Below, piece by piece: positions 1-8,408 of a stretch of 27,972 nt of DNA (its first letter is position 1; each line of letters starts with the position of its first letter). The DNA lies in the NCBI GenBank assembly GCA_963977445.1, contig CAXBPH010000070.1, positions 1-27,972 on the forward strand, in the 5' to 3' direction. Both the position numbers and the translations under genes were made by a program. The stretch comes from an uncultured bacterium. GTDB taxonomy: Bacteria; Hydrogenedentota; Hydrogenedentia; Hydrogenedentales; JAEUWI01. Below the pieces are notes generated by a model, which saw only the letters and a list, made by a program, of their open reading frames with translations, made no database searches and had not been told where the DNA came from.

Positions 1-51
1 TCCGGCGCACTGGGGCCAAACGTGCATCCGCGTGGATTCGGAGTCAGACTC

Positions 52-414
52 CTAGCGGCGTGGCAGGCCCAGTCTCACCTTACGGGGAGTCTTCTCTTCT
101 GGAAAATACTTAGTAGTCGTTCCACTTGACCACGAGTTCTGCACATCTTCGACGATTGGCCGGACGAAGCGCCCATGCCGCTCGTAGATGCCCAACTCGC
201 CCTTGTCGATGATCACATTACCATCGTGCACCAGGGCAGACTGGCTGCCGCTCACGGTCCGTGCAGGTGGGCTCAAGATGGGTTTTAGAAATTGACCTTT
301 TCGTTCGTACTTACCCAGGGAGCCCTTGTCGACAATATTATTGGCAAAGGCGGTGGAGGTGAGTAGCGTCGCGACAAGCGCGCCTGCGATGGTGTAGGTC
401 AGTGAATGTTTCAT
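52..414 (-). CDS. Small secreted hypothetical protein (120 aa) with an internal duplicated motif
   Basis: ATG at 414 is preceded by the RBS AAGGAGA. Sec-type signal peptide MKHSLTYTIAGALVATLLTSTAFA. Repeat pair IVDKGSLGKYERKGQFLKPI / IIDKGELGIYERHGRFVRPI. Confidence 0.75.
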   Translation of the reverse strand: MKHSLTYTIAGALVATLLTSTAFANNIVDKGSLGKYERKGQFLKPILSPPARTVSGSQSALVHDGNVIIDKGELGIYERHGRFVRPIVEDVQNSWSSGTTTKYFPEEKTPRKVRLGLPRR

Positions 415-589
415 AGTAGTTCTCCTTAAACCCATTGCGGGGTCATTGCGGGTGCCCAAGCGATTCGCCATCGGGATCCCTTTGTCATTGTTCAACGTGG
501 AGGTCATTCCGCGATCCCTCGATTCAGCTCGTTTGCAACCGGGCCTCGGCGATTCTCTGTGTGGTCTCGTTGACTCCAATCGTAACTAC

Positions 590-605
590 GCATCTTCCGT
601 GCCAA
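590..605 (-). promoter_or_regulatory. sigma54 (-24/-12) promoter for the 52..414 gene
   Basis: Minus strand reads TTGGCACGGAAGATGC, with GG-N10-GC spacing, matching the TGGCACG-N4-TTGC consensus. Confidence 0.75.
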
Positions 606-666
606 TCATAGCTAGTGAAAAAAGTGCCCAAAAACGTGGGGATTGTGAAGATTCGGAGAGCAGCCG

Positions 667-707
667 CAGCATAGATTCTATCCACACCGTGATTAGTTTC
701 TGATCTA
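667..707. promoter_or_regulatory. Putative tandem enhancer (UAS) sites
   Basis: CAGCATAG-ATT-CTATCCAC (667-685) and GTGATTAG-TTT-CTGATCTA (689-707), 22 bp apart, upstream of the promoter at 590-605. Confidence 0.55.
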
Positions 708-1031
708 TTCGAACAGCTCACCGCACTCAATACATAACATGGTCTCTCTTTTACTGGCGTATGCACCACGCTGAATATGAAGTCGTCATCACACTTCGGG
801 TAGACATGCTTCACTTATCCATTCTTGCCTCACCTCATCGTTGGCCAAGTCCAAATCCGTTTTACTTCTTGTCACGGCACAGTGCCTCCATCAAGTTCTC
901 GTAGATGTGCTTCTCATGGGACGTGCGACTTCACGGGCAGGCAGACGGGGCGCAGGGGTTGCTGTATCTGCGAATAAGGAGCGGCCCGCGTTCGCTTGTG
1001 CAAACCACAAAACGTTTCGCCAGGCCGCTGG

Positions 1032-1072
1032 GTGGTCAGAAAGGAACGCGGTCGTGTACAGGAACTTTCCTG
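1032..1072. promoter_or_regulatory. Putative tandem enhancer (UAS) sites
   Basis: GTGGTCAG half-site (1032-1039) and GTGTACAG-GAA-CTTTCCTG (1054-1072), 22 bp apart, about 70-110 bp upstream of the promoter at 1143. Confidence 0.5.
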
Positions 1073-1142
1073 CGGGCTACGCTTTAGGCGCTACGCCAGG
1101 ACTTCAGGCATTGAATTCAGGGGGCTTGCAGGAAGCACGAGG

Positions 1143-1158
1143 TTGGCACGGTTGATGC
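1143..1158 (+). promoter_or_regulatory. sigma54 promoter for the STAS gene
   Basis: TTGGCACGGTTGATGC with GG-N10-GC spacing, 75 bp upstream of the ATG at 1234. Confidence 0.75.
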
Positions 1159-1233
1159 GTATTCCAAGCAACAGAACCGAACAACGACACCGATACTTCG
1201 GCCGGGATTCGCCGGAATGGAAAGGAGTGCATC

Positions 1234-1572
1234 ATGAAAACTCAAGGGTTAGTAATGATCGAACCTCAAAAAACCGGCTTTCTGGCAACAATCCAGACCG
1301 ACCGTATCGTGACAGATGGTACGATTCACGAAATTCACCAGGAACTCCAAGAATACGTGAACGCACATCCGGGAACCGTGCTCCATCTTGATATGTCGAA
1401 TGTCCAACGCTTCTCCTGCGCGGCCCTGCCCGGCTTGCTTGACCTACAGCAAGCGCTCCGCGAAACAAACGGCGCTCTTCGATTGAGCGGCCTACGTGGA
1501 AACGTGCGAAAGTGCATTAGACTTACGGGGATGGAAAACGTGTTTACGTTGGAGCACCGCCATGCGCACTGA
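1234..1572 (+). CDS. STAS-domain protein (anti-sigma factor antagonist-like)
   Basis: 112 aa with RBS AAAGGAG. The pattern LHLDMSNVQRFSCAAL..LL.LQQ.L....G.LRLSGL...VRK.I.LTGMENVF is typical of SpoIIAA/RsbV-like STAS proteins. Confidence 0.85.
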   Translation: MKTQGLVMIEPQKTGFLATIQTDRIVTDGTIHEIHQELQEYVNAHPGTVLHLDMSNVQRFSCAALPGLLDLQQALRETNGALRLSGLRGNVRKCIRLTGMENVFTLEHRHAH

Positions 1573-1992
1573 ATTAAATGCTCGCAACTCCCAAGGAAAT
1601 TCCGATACGACAAGGACGGCACGTAGCTTCATCATCGATGCGCCGGTATTGTTCTGGTTCCCGCCACCTATGGTTCTGACCTCATCCTTCGATTGGGCCA
1701 ATTTGCTGGAAGCGGGGCACATGATACCTCGTTTCCATTTTGCACGGAAGAACCCGACTCATCCCGCAATAGTAAGTCGAGATCATGGGTCCTGCACCCA
1801 ATCCACGATTATTTTCAACCGGTAGCTGTTGCCCAGAAGGCCTTATGGCTGCCCTCGATTTAACTTCGGCACCGTAGTGAGTTCCTGGCCCCCCTCTTAT
1901 GTGGCCGGCAGCGGTACGGGTTTCGTTGTCCCCCCCCAGGTACGCGAAACAACCGCCGCGCCGGCTGCGCCATATTCAGGCCAAAAAAGAAA

Positions 1993-2046
1993 CTGACCAC
2001 TCACATGGTCTGTTGCTGACCAGTTAAGTGGTCAGCTTCTTTCTCC
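1993..2046. promoter_or_regulatory. Putative enhancer (UAS) array
   Basis: CTGACCAC (1993-2000), ATGGTCTG-TTG-CTGACCAG (2005-2023) and GTGGTCAG-CTT-CTTTCTCC (2028-2046), with 23-bp periodicity. Confidence 0.6.
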
Positions 2047-2141
2047 ATTTACCGGTGACCGGACAGATTGTTTATAGGCCCCGGCTGCTTAAGCCATTTA
2101 AGTCTTAAAGCTTATGCGTATTCCGTTTATTTTCACACTTC

Positions 2142-2158
2142 TCGGATCAATTCTTGCT
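2142..2158 (+). promoter_or_regulatory. Weak candidate sigma54 promoter upstream of the DUF1559 gene
   Basis: TCGGATCAATTCTTGCT has GG-N10-GC spacing, a perfect -12 element (TTGCT) and a poor -24 element. It lies about 100 bp downstream of the 1993-2046 array. Confidence 0.35.
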
Positions 2159-2498
2159 GCGAAATAACAGACCGACAGCGTTATTAAAACGCGTGTCTTT
2201 GATCTGGCTTTCGTGTGCGAATAGGTGTGTCGTTCCATGCTTCAGATCTGGACCCGTGCCTGTCGCTAACGGCCTGTATACAGGGTCGAGAGAGGAGGTA
2301 GTGGGCGAATTAACATATAGGGAGGTTTTCAATTTTCATGTCTGTTCCTGCCCGTGAGCAATCGCCAATACGGTAGTGAGGCGGTCTTTGTGACTGTCTC
2401 CTATTGGAGAGATTCGCGGAAACTCAAACATGGGCGTGGGTGCGTTGCTGCCTGGAGGGCGGTCGTGCCTCGCGTCCTCACCTCAGGGTGAAGGAAAA

Positions 2499-3428
2499 AT
2501 GAGAAGACGTGGCTTTACGCTTATAGAACTCCTGGTCGTTATCGCAATCATCGGCATATTGGCCGCAATACTCCTGCCCGCTCTGGCGCGCGCCCGAGAA
2601 GCGGCACGCAGGGCCTCCTGCCAGAACAATTTAAAACAGTGGGGTCTGGTGTTTAAAATGTTCGCAAATGAGTCGAGCGGTGAGCGCTATCCCCATACCC
2701 AGTTGTTTTACGACGACCCCTACAATCCAAGCGAAGAAGTCTGGGGAAAAATGGGCCCGGACTCTTCCCAAATTTATCCTGAATACGTGACGGATGTGAA
2801 GATTGGGCATTGTCCCTCGGACTCGAGCGGCAGCCAGGACGGCTCCAAGGAAGCCATGCTCTCTCCGGTGGACAATACAGATGTGGGCGATGGAACCTGG
2901 TGTACCAATCTGAATATATGCCAAGTGGAGATGATTCAGTTTGGCCCCGGAAGAGGCGGATTGGGCGATTTCAGTTATAAGTACCTTCCGAAACTTTTGA
3001 AGGCCGAGTGGATAGCCGATTCGGACGGAAACGATGGAGCGGCAGAAGCGATGTCCGAAAGCGTCACTGTAGTCGGGCGGAACGCGGACGTCAGAATCGA
3101 TCTGACGGGTGCCGCATGGAGCGCCACAGTTAGCGCCCAGCACCTGCGCGAAGGCATTGAACGCTTCCTCATCACAGACATTAATAACGCGGCGGGTTCC
3201 GCGCAAGCGCAAAGCACGATTCCGCTCATGTGGGATTCCGCGCGCGCCACGAAAACATACGGGTCCGACGGAAACTTTGCAGACTTCAACCACGTACCCG
3301 GTGGCAGCAATATACTGTATTTGGACGCCCACGCCTCTTTCGTAAAATACCCGGCGGAACATACGCAATCAACTTGGCCCCTGTCCCGTGTGTCGGTGGA
3401 CAAGACCAATAGCGATCTCGCCTGGTAA
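2499..3428 (+). CDS. Prepilin-type N-terminal cleavage/methylation protein, DUF1559 (SBP_bac_10) / H-X9-DG family
   Basis: N-terminus [47 protein letters not shown], internal CPSD, and C-terminal [18 protein letters not shown] at 2499 follows AAGGA. Confidence 0.92.
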   Translation: MRRRGFTLIELLVVIAIIGILAAILLPALARAREAARRASCQNNLKQWGLVFKMFANESSGERYPHTQLFYDDPYNPSEEVWGKMGPDSSQIYPEYVTDVKIGHCPSDSSGSQDGSKEAMLSPVDNTDVGDGTWCTNLNICQVEMIQFGPGRGGLGDFSYKYLPKLLKAEWIADSDGNDGAAEAMSESVTVVGRNADVRIDLTGAAWSATVSAQHLREGIERFLITDINNAAGSAQAQSTIPLMWDSARATKTYGSDGNFADFNHVPGGSNILYLDAHASFVKYPAEHTQSTWPLSRVSVDKTNSDLAW

Positions 3429-3455
3429 CGCTTTAACCCGCACGAGAGCATCCCG

Positions 3456-3481
3456 CCAGGAAAGGCCTCGGTCTTTCCTGG
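3456..3481 (+). terminator. Stem-loop downstream of the DUF1559 gene (possible terminator)
   Basis: CCAGGAAAGGCC-TC-GGTCTTTCCTGG inverted repeat. There is no clear U-tract. Confidence 0.4.
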
Positions 3482-3537
3482 ACGTTGGGGCGCGCCCGCC
3501 CTGCTCTTGCATTCGGCCCCCATGTTGCCTGCAGTCG

Positions 3538-3576
3538 GTGGTCAGCACGTGAGGATAGTGGACAGGAACTGTGCAC
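3538..3576. promoter_or_regulatory. Putative tandem enhancer (UAS) sites
   Basis: GTGGTCAG (3538-3545) and GTGGACAG-GAA-CTGTGCAC (3558-3576), 80-120 bp upstream of the promoter at 3656. Confidence 0.65.
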
Positions 3577-3655
3577 CTGACATTTCCAGCACCGATAACA
3601 GGTGGCCTATGTCCACACAGTTAGTAGAATTCACTGCGTTTTTATAGCTGCAACT

Positions 3656-3671
3656 TTGGCACAGTTCATGC
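3656..3671 (+). promoter_or_regulatory. sigma54 promoter for the triple-YHS-like gene
   Basis: TTGGCACAGTTCATGC(T) with GG-N10-GC spacing. Confidence 0.75.
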
Positions 3672-3753
3672 TAAAGCTACGTGTGATGACATGTAGTATT
3701 TTCACGCGCATGTTGCTATATAGAAACCCCTTCAACCGAATAGAGGTACGACA

Positions 3754-4497
3754 ATGAAGTCTTTAAATTTACTAACCCCCCTCCTTGCTACGATCCTCGG
3801 AAGTATTGGCATGTTTCCCGCAGCGGCCGCCGCAGAGAAGTCCGACGGCCATGACGTAGTTGGCGATCCCTATCCCCTGGCTACCTGTCCGGTCACCGGT
3901 AAAGCTTTGGACGCGATGGGCGAGCCGATTATCAAGGTCATCAACGGCCGGGAGCTTCGATTCTGTTGCGAAGGTTGCCCGCCCAAGGTGGAAGCAGAGC
4001 CCGCGAAATACCTTGAGAAGGTCGATGCGGCCATCGCCGAACTCCAACGTCCCTTCTACCCCTTGGAACGCTGTATTGTTTCGGGCGAAGAACTTGGTTC
4101 CATGGGCAAGCCGCTGGAATTGATACATGGAAATCGACTCGTCCGGCTGTGCTGCGCGGGATGCGTAAAGAAGTTTGAAGCAGACCCCGCGTCGTTTCTT
4201 TCGAAGATTGACGAAGCCGTCGTCAAAGCGCAGAAGGAATCCTATCCGCTGGATTTCTGTATCGTATCGGGTGACAAGCTCGGTGGCGATATGGGCAAAA
4301 CAATCGATGTGACCATCGGCAATCGCCTTTATCGCGTTTGCTGCAAGGGCTGCATCAAGTCGCTTCACGAGACTCCATTGAAGTACCAGAGCATGCTCGA
4401 CGACGCGCTGGCCGGAAAACCCGTGAAGCGCCCTGAAGGCTCCGGTTCGAAAGAGACGGCAAAAGGCCATGGTGATCACGAACACGGCGATCACTAA
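3754..4497 (+). CDS. Secreted Cys-rich protein with three YHS/TRASH-like repeats and a His-rich tail (putative metal-binding protein)
   Basis: Signal peptide ending in a poly-Ala run. Three copies of YPL..C.V(S/T)G..L...MG......(G/N)R..R.CCxGC. C-terminal GHGDHEHGDH. RBS GAGGT. Confidence 0.85.
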   Translation: MKSLNLLTPLLATILGSIGMFPAAAAAEKSDGHDVVGDPYPLATCPVTGKALDAMGEPIIKVINGRELRFCCEGCPPKVEAEPAKYLEKVDAAIAELQRPFYPLERCIVSGEELGSMGKPLELIHGNRLVRLCCAGCVKKFEADPASFLSKIDEAVVKAQKESYPLDFCIVSGDKLGGDMGKTIDVTIGNRLYRVCCKGCIKSLHETPLKYQSMLDDALAGKPVKRPEGSGSKETAKGHGDHEHGDH

Positions 4498-4536
4498 TGC
4501 CTTCGGCCCCAACGGGCCATAGAGTTATCCACAGCG

Positions 4537-4567
4537 GTGGCCCGACAGTAATGTTCTGTCGGGCCAC
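4537..4567. terminator. Likely intrinsic terminator between convergent genes
   Basis: Perfect 12-bp inverted repeat GTGGCCCGACAG-TAATGTT-CTGTCGGGCCAC followed by GTTTCATTTC. Confidence 0.65.
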
Positions 4568-4649
4568 GTTTCATTTCGGAAGCACCCATGCTGGTTAAGA
4601 AAAATTGGGATTGGGACCTTGTCTGCTTTCCCAAGGGACCGCACAGACA

Positions 4650-6002
4650 TTACCCACCTGGCGTCGGCCTTATTAATCCATAGTCCTCGATTTTTTTCCG
4701 GAGCGTCACACGCGATATCTCAAGGATCCCTGCCGTGCGCTTGATGTTCCAGTTCGTAGAGAGCAGCGCCCTGCCGACGTAGTCTTTTTCCGCCTCGCGC
4801 AATGGCTTTATACTTGCCGAAAATTCAGCCGCCGGCGGGGTCTGCCCCATCGATGCCAGAACCACTTCTCTGGTGAGGATCGGAATGTCGGCAAGCAAAA
4901 TGGCACGGGTTAACACGTTGCTGAGTTCACGGATATTGCCCGGCCAATCATAGGCCATCAAACACTGAAGCGCCTTATCGTCGATTCCATGAAATTCTTT
5001 GTGCAACTCTTGCGTGATTCGCTCGAGGATGCTGCGTACCAATACCGGTATGTCGGATCGTCTGTCCCGAAGGGACGGTACACGAATGGTCGAAACGGCC
5101 ATTCGATAGTAAAGATCCTCCCGGAATCTTTCCGTGTCTATCATTGCCCTCAAATCGCGGTGGGTAGCAGCAACAATACGCGCATGAAATGGCACGGGTT
5201 TTGTGCTGCCTACGCGCTCAAACTCCTTTTCTTGAAGGACCCGAAGAAGCTTTGCTTGAAGATCGTAGGACATATCGCCAATTTCATCGAAGAAAATCGT
5301 CCCGTTGCCGGCGGCTTCCAATTTCCCCGCCTTATTCGTGTCGGCCCCCGTAAATGCCCCTTTCACGTATCCGAAAAGTTCACTTTCCAAGAGGGTAGCC
5401 ACCACGGCGGAGCAATTTACCGCGACGAACGGCGTGTTTGGGCAACTCGTATTGTGCAGCGCCCGGGCCACGAGCTCCTTGCCCGTACCGGTTTCCCCCT
5501 GGATGAGTACGGGAATAGGACTATCCGCAACGCGGGCAACTTGCTTCAAAACCTCGATAATGCCAGGATGGGCCCCGATAATTTCGTAGGGTCCTTGCTG
5601 AGCAGTGGAACCGATGGGTTCCGAATGCATATTGGAGACGTTTGAACGTTGCTTAGCGGCCTTTTCGACGGTCAGGATGACGGCATCCAAATCTAAGGGC
5701 TTTCGGATATAGTCAAAAGCGCCCAATCGTACCGCGTCTATCGTGGACTTCGAATCCTGTACGGCCGTAATCATGACCGTTAACGTATTATTGCCACTGT
5801 TTTGGAAATTCCGCAGGATTTCGATGCCGGTCGTATCCGGGAGACCGAGATCGATAAATGCCAACTCACAAGTACCTTCGTTGAGGTGGGTCAGACCTTC
5901 CTGTCCCGTGAAAAACACCTGGACGTCATGGCCAAGCCGCTGCAGGTGAATCTGAAGCGAGCGGCACAACGCTCTATCATCGTCGATTACGGAAATTTGC
6001 AT
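4650..6002 (-). CDS. sigma54-dependent NtrC/AtoC/ZraR-family response regulator (REC + AAA+ + Fis-type HTH)
   Basis: Receiver motifs VIDDD and FIDLGLPD, Walker A GETGTGKE, GAFTGA, FFDEIG, WPGNIREL and a C-terminal HTH NIKRTAGILEISRVTLRKKI. Start taken at MQISV (6002). Confidence 0.95.
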   Translation of the reverse strand: MQISVIDDDRALCRSLQIHLQRLGHDVQVFFTGQEGLTHLNEGTCELAFIDLGLPDTTGIEILRNFQNSGNNTLTVMITAVQDSKSTIDAVRLGAFDYIRKPLDLDAVILTVEKAAKQRSNVSNMHSEPIGSTAQQGPYEIIGAHPGIIEVLKQVARVADSPIPVLIQGETGTGKELVARALHNTSCPNTPFVAVNCSAVVATLLESELFGYVKGAFTGADTNKAGKLEAAGNGTIFFDEIGDMSYDLQAKLLRVLQEKEFERVGSTKPVPFHARIVAATHRDLRAMIDTERFREDLYYRMAVSTIRVPSLRDRRSDIPVLVRSILERITQELHKEFHGIDDKALQCLMAYDWPGNIRELSNVLTRAILLADIPILTREVVLASMGQTPPAAEFSASIKPLREAEKDYVGRALLSTNWNIKRTAGILEISRVTLRKKIEDYGLIRPTPGG

Positions 6003-6070
6003 GATATCAACCCAGAAGTTCCTTGCCTGGCCCGGAGACGAAAACACGGTCTACAATCGTTTGTGTCAGT

Positions 6071-6086
6071 GCAAGATCTGTTCCAA
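6071..6086 (-). promoter_or_regulatory. sigma54 promoter directly upstream of the response regulator
   Basis: Minus strand reads TTGGAACAGATCTTGC(A), with GG-N10-GC spacing and a perfect -12 element. Confidence 0.65.
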
Positions 6087-6161
6087 CCCAACATACTTCC
6101 TGCGTAACTGCTTTAACTCCCATGCTTTGCGAATATTTATTCACTTCCAGCGAACGTGTGA

Positions 6162-6201
6162 TTGGCACGCTTCAGACCACAGGTGGTTAGTATCTGACCA
6201 C
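6162..6201. promoter_or_regulatory. Putative tandem enhancer (UAS) sites
   Basis: TTGGCACG-CTT-CAGACCAC (6162-6180) and GTGGTTAG-TAT-CTGACCAC (6183-6201), 75-115 bp upstream of the 6071-6086 promoter. Confidence 0.6.
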
Positions 6202-6223
6202 AGTTTAGCACGCCAAATGAGAC

Positions 6224-8029
6224 TTAGCGCGGGATCTCGCTGTTCGGATGGGGATGCTGCGGGAGGGTAATCGTGAATATGGCGCCAGCCGTTTGGCCAT
6301 TTTCGGCGCTTATTTGCCCCGAATGGAGACCAATAATCTTTTTCACATTGGCGAGACCCAACCCGATTCCTTCAGATTTTGTTGTAAAAAAAGGTTTGAA
6401 AAGCATCTCCAGCTGCTCCTCACGAATGCCCGCTCCTCTATCGATGACCTCGATAAGCGTAGTTCCACTGGACAGGCCTCCAGAACGCGCGTGGATTTCC
6501 ACCTGCGATCCTTTGGGGGAAGCTTCGACCGCGTTCCGCACCAGATTGACCAGTACCCGTGTGAATTGCTCAACGTCGACCCAGATGTCTCCCACCTCGG
6601 GTTGAATCTGGAAATGGACTTCCACTTGACCTTCCAGAGAAGCTCCCCTCAATTCAACAACCACGCCATGGAACAGGGATTCTACATTTACATCCTTCTT
6701 GGTCAGTTTGAGTGGTCGGCCGTATTGCAACAGTTCATTCAGCATGCTCTCCAGGCGAACAAGCTGACTCATGGCTATCTCTGCCAGTTCCAGGTTTTCT
6801 GTATTCTGTTCCACGGAGCGCTGGAGGGCCTGAAAATTCATCTTGACGGAAGAAAGTGGGTTGCGCATTTCATGGACAACCCGGGAGGTGAGTTCCCCAA
6901 CCGTGGCCAAGGTGGCAGATTGGACTAGCTCTTCTTCCTTGTTACGGAGTTCGTCCAGCATCCGGTTGAAGGCACACCGGACTTCCTCCGCTTCCTCCAA
7001 GTTCATTGGGCCAAGCCTTTCGTCGGTATGGCCCTCGGAAATTCGATGGGTCACTGCCGCCAATTGCATCAAGGGTTTGCCCAAGAGCCGGGACAGCCAT
7101 ATGGCCACGAGAATGACGCCCGCCAGAACCACGATAAGCAACAGTACGACCCGGATGAGAAGAGTCCGTACCCACAGCATTGACTCATCCGTATCAACCT
7201 CAACAACAACGGCCCAATCGTAGATCTGAAAAGGTAACGTGACGCCGATGACTTCATGGGAAAAGAAATCATCGTATACATGGACGTTTTCCGTTTTCTC
7301 GCTACCGTGCCATTCGTGTTTTGGGGTTTTACGCTGAGGCAGAAACGCCGTTCTCTTACCGTTTTCAAAGGGCTCCGTCAAAATCCGAAAACTGGAGTCG
7401 ACAATATAGGCCTTTCCCGTCTGCCACAATCCACTGCGATCCTGGAGCAGCGATGTGAGGCTGGCAGTGATGTTCATATTGGCCACCAGGAATCCGGCTA
7501 TTTCCCTGTCGGCTGTCAGGATGGGACTCCCCACATGGATCCCCACTTCGTGATCGTCGTGAATGTGGGCTTCCCCAAAATAAGCCTCCGTTGTATTTTC
7601 CACATGCTCCCGAAAGGCTGGTGTTGCGAAATCGCTGTTCGGGTGGTGCCCCGGCTCCGATTCGGCAACAATGTCCCAGTCCGCGTCGAACACGGTCAGG
7701 CTTTCGTAGGTTTCCCCATGCGACTGACTTTGGAGTATTCGCTCGAGTGCCCTGACTGCGGCAGGAGGTCGCTCGTCCTCGAGCAATTCGACTTGTTCCA
7801 GCATGATTGGCAGGCTCACCAGCGCCGAAATATCGTCGATTCTCTCGTTCAGCCAGGCCGTTATCATGGTGTGGCGTGCCTCCGCGACTGACAGGACGTG
7901 GAGTCGTGTTAAATCCACCACGGCCATGCGGCCACAGTGGTAGCCCTGGTAAGCCACAATGATTAGTGGCACTATTGAAATTAGCGTACACGCGGTGAAT
8001 ACACGGGTACGAAGATTTTTTCCCAGCAT
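6224..8029 (-). CDS. Membrane sensor histidine kinase (His-rich periplasmic Cache-like domain, HAMP, HisKA, HATPase)
   Basis: Two TM segments, H-box VVHEMRNPLS, N-box NLVRNAVEA, G-boxes DRGAGI and FKPFFTTKSEGIGLGL. Confidence 0.95.
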   Translation of the reverse strand: MLGKNLRTRVFTACTLISIVPLIIVAYQGYHCGRMAVVDLTRLHVLSVAEARHTMITAWLNERIDDISALVSLPIMLEQVELLEDERPPAAVRALERILQSQSHGETYESLTVFDADWDIVAESEPGHHPNSDFATPAFREHVENTTEAYFGEAHIHDDHEVGIHVGSPILTADREIAGFLVANMNITASLTSLLQDRSGLWQTGKAYIVDSSFRILTEPFENGKRTAFLPQRKTPKHEWHGSEKTENVHVYDDFFSHEVIGVTLPFQIYDWAVVVEVDTDESMLWVRTLLIRVVLLLIVVLAGVILVAIWLSRLLGKPLMQLAAVTHRISEGHTDERLGPMNLEEAEEVRCAFNRMLDELRNKEEELVQSATLATVGELTSRVVHEMRNPLSSVKMNFQALQRSVEQNTENLELAEIAMSQLVRLESMLNELLQYGRPLKLTKKDVNVESLFHGVVVELRGASLEGQVEVHFQIQPEVGDIWVDVEQFTRVLVNLVRNAVEASPKGSQVEIHARSGGLSSGTTLIEVIDRGAGIREEQLEMLFKPFFTTKSEGIGLGLANVKKIIGLHSGQISAENGQTAGAIFTITLPQHPHPNSEIPR

Positions 8030-8088
8030 TTTATTGCAACCTCTCGTTTAAGTACATCGACGCCTATCCCTGATCCACATCCATGGGA

Positions 8089-8360
8089 CTACTCGGCGCG
8101 CCGGGGTCTGATCAGGTTCCCAACTGCGAAGACCGAACGTTCTCTCATCGTGGCGACAACGAACAGGGGGCCAAGCGTAATCCGTGTACAGTACCCCAGC
8201 CGCCAGAGGAATTCCCAAGACGCCATACAAAATCCAAAAGAGAGCGTGTTCCGAATCGTTGACGATAATCTTCGGCTCCAGGGGTACTTGGTTCGACTTT
8301 TCATGAAGCCCGTGTTATCGCAGTTCACCTTTGGTGCCCAAAGAGGCTATAGCCATAACA
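8089..8360 (-). pseudogene. Frameshifted 3' remnant of a heavy-metal P1B-type ATPase (CopA-like)
   Basis: Successive frames give SRRLSSTIRNTLSF / YGVLGIPLAAGVLY / LGPLFVVATMRERSVFAVGNLIR. These match the CopA C-terminus (RLSRATMRNIRQNL..YN.LGIPIAAGVLY..LSP..AAAAM..SSV.V.GNALR). Confidence 0.7.
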
Positions 8361-8408
8361 GGCAGGACATAGTTTCAAGTGGTCTCTATGAATCACAGAG
8401 AGTATCCA

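Noticed and set aside
430..515. Short direct repeats CATTGCGGG / GTCATT in the leader
   Set aside because: Too short and irregular to support a riboswitch or operator call.
415..579. N-terminal extension of the 175-aa ORF (52..579)
   Set aside because: The RBS and signal peptide point to ATG 414. The extension coincides with the predicted 5' UTR.
524..1155. ORFs 524..814 (-), 841..1155 (+) and 905..1087 (+)
   Set aside because: They overlap promoter and UAS elements, and have no recognisable motifs or convincing RBS.
1492..1825. Short ORFs downstream of the STAS gene
   Set aside because: They overlap the STAS gene and show no recognisable family. A degraded gene cannot be excluded without blastx.
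6162..6177. TTGGCACGCTTCAGAC as a plus-strand sigma54 promoter
   Set aside because: It lacks the -12 GC and would be antisense to the kinase. It fits better as part of the UAS pair.
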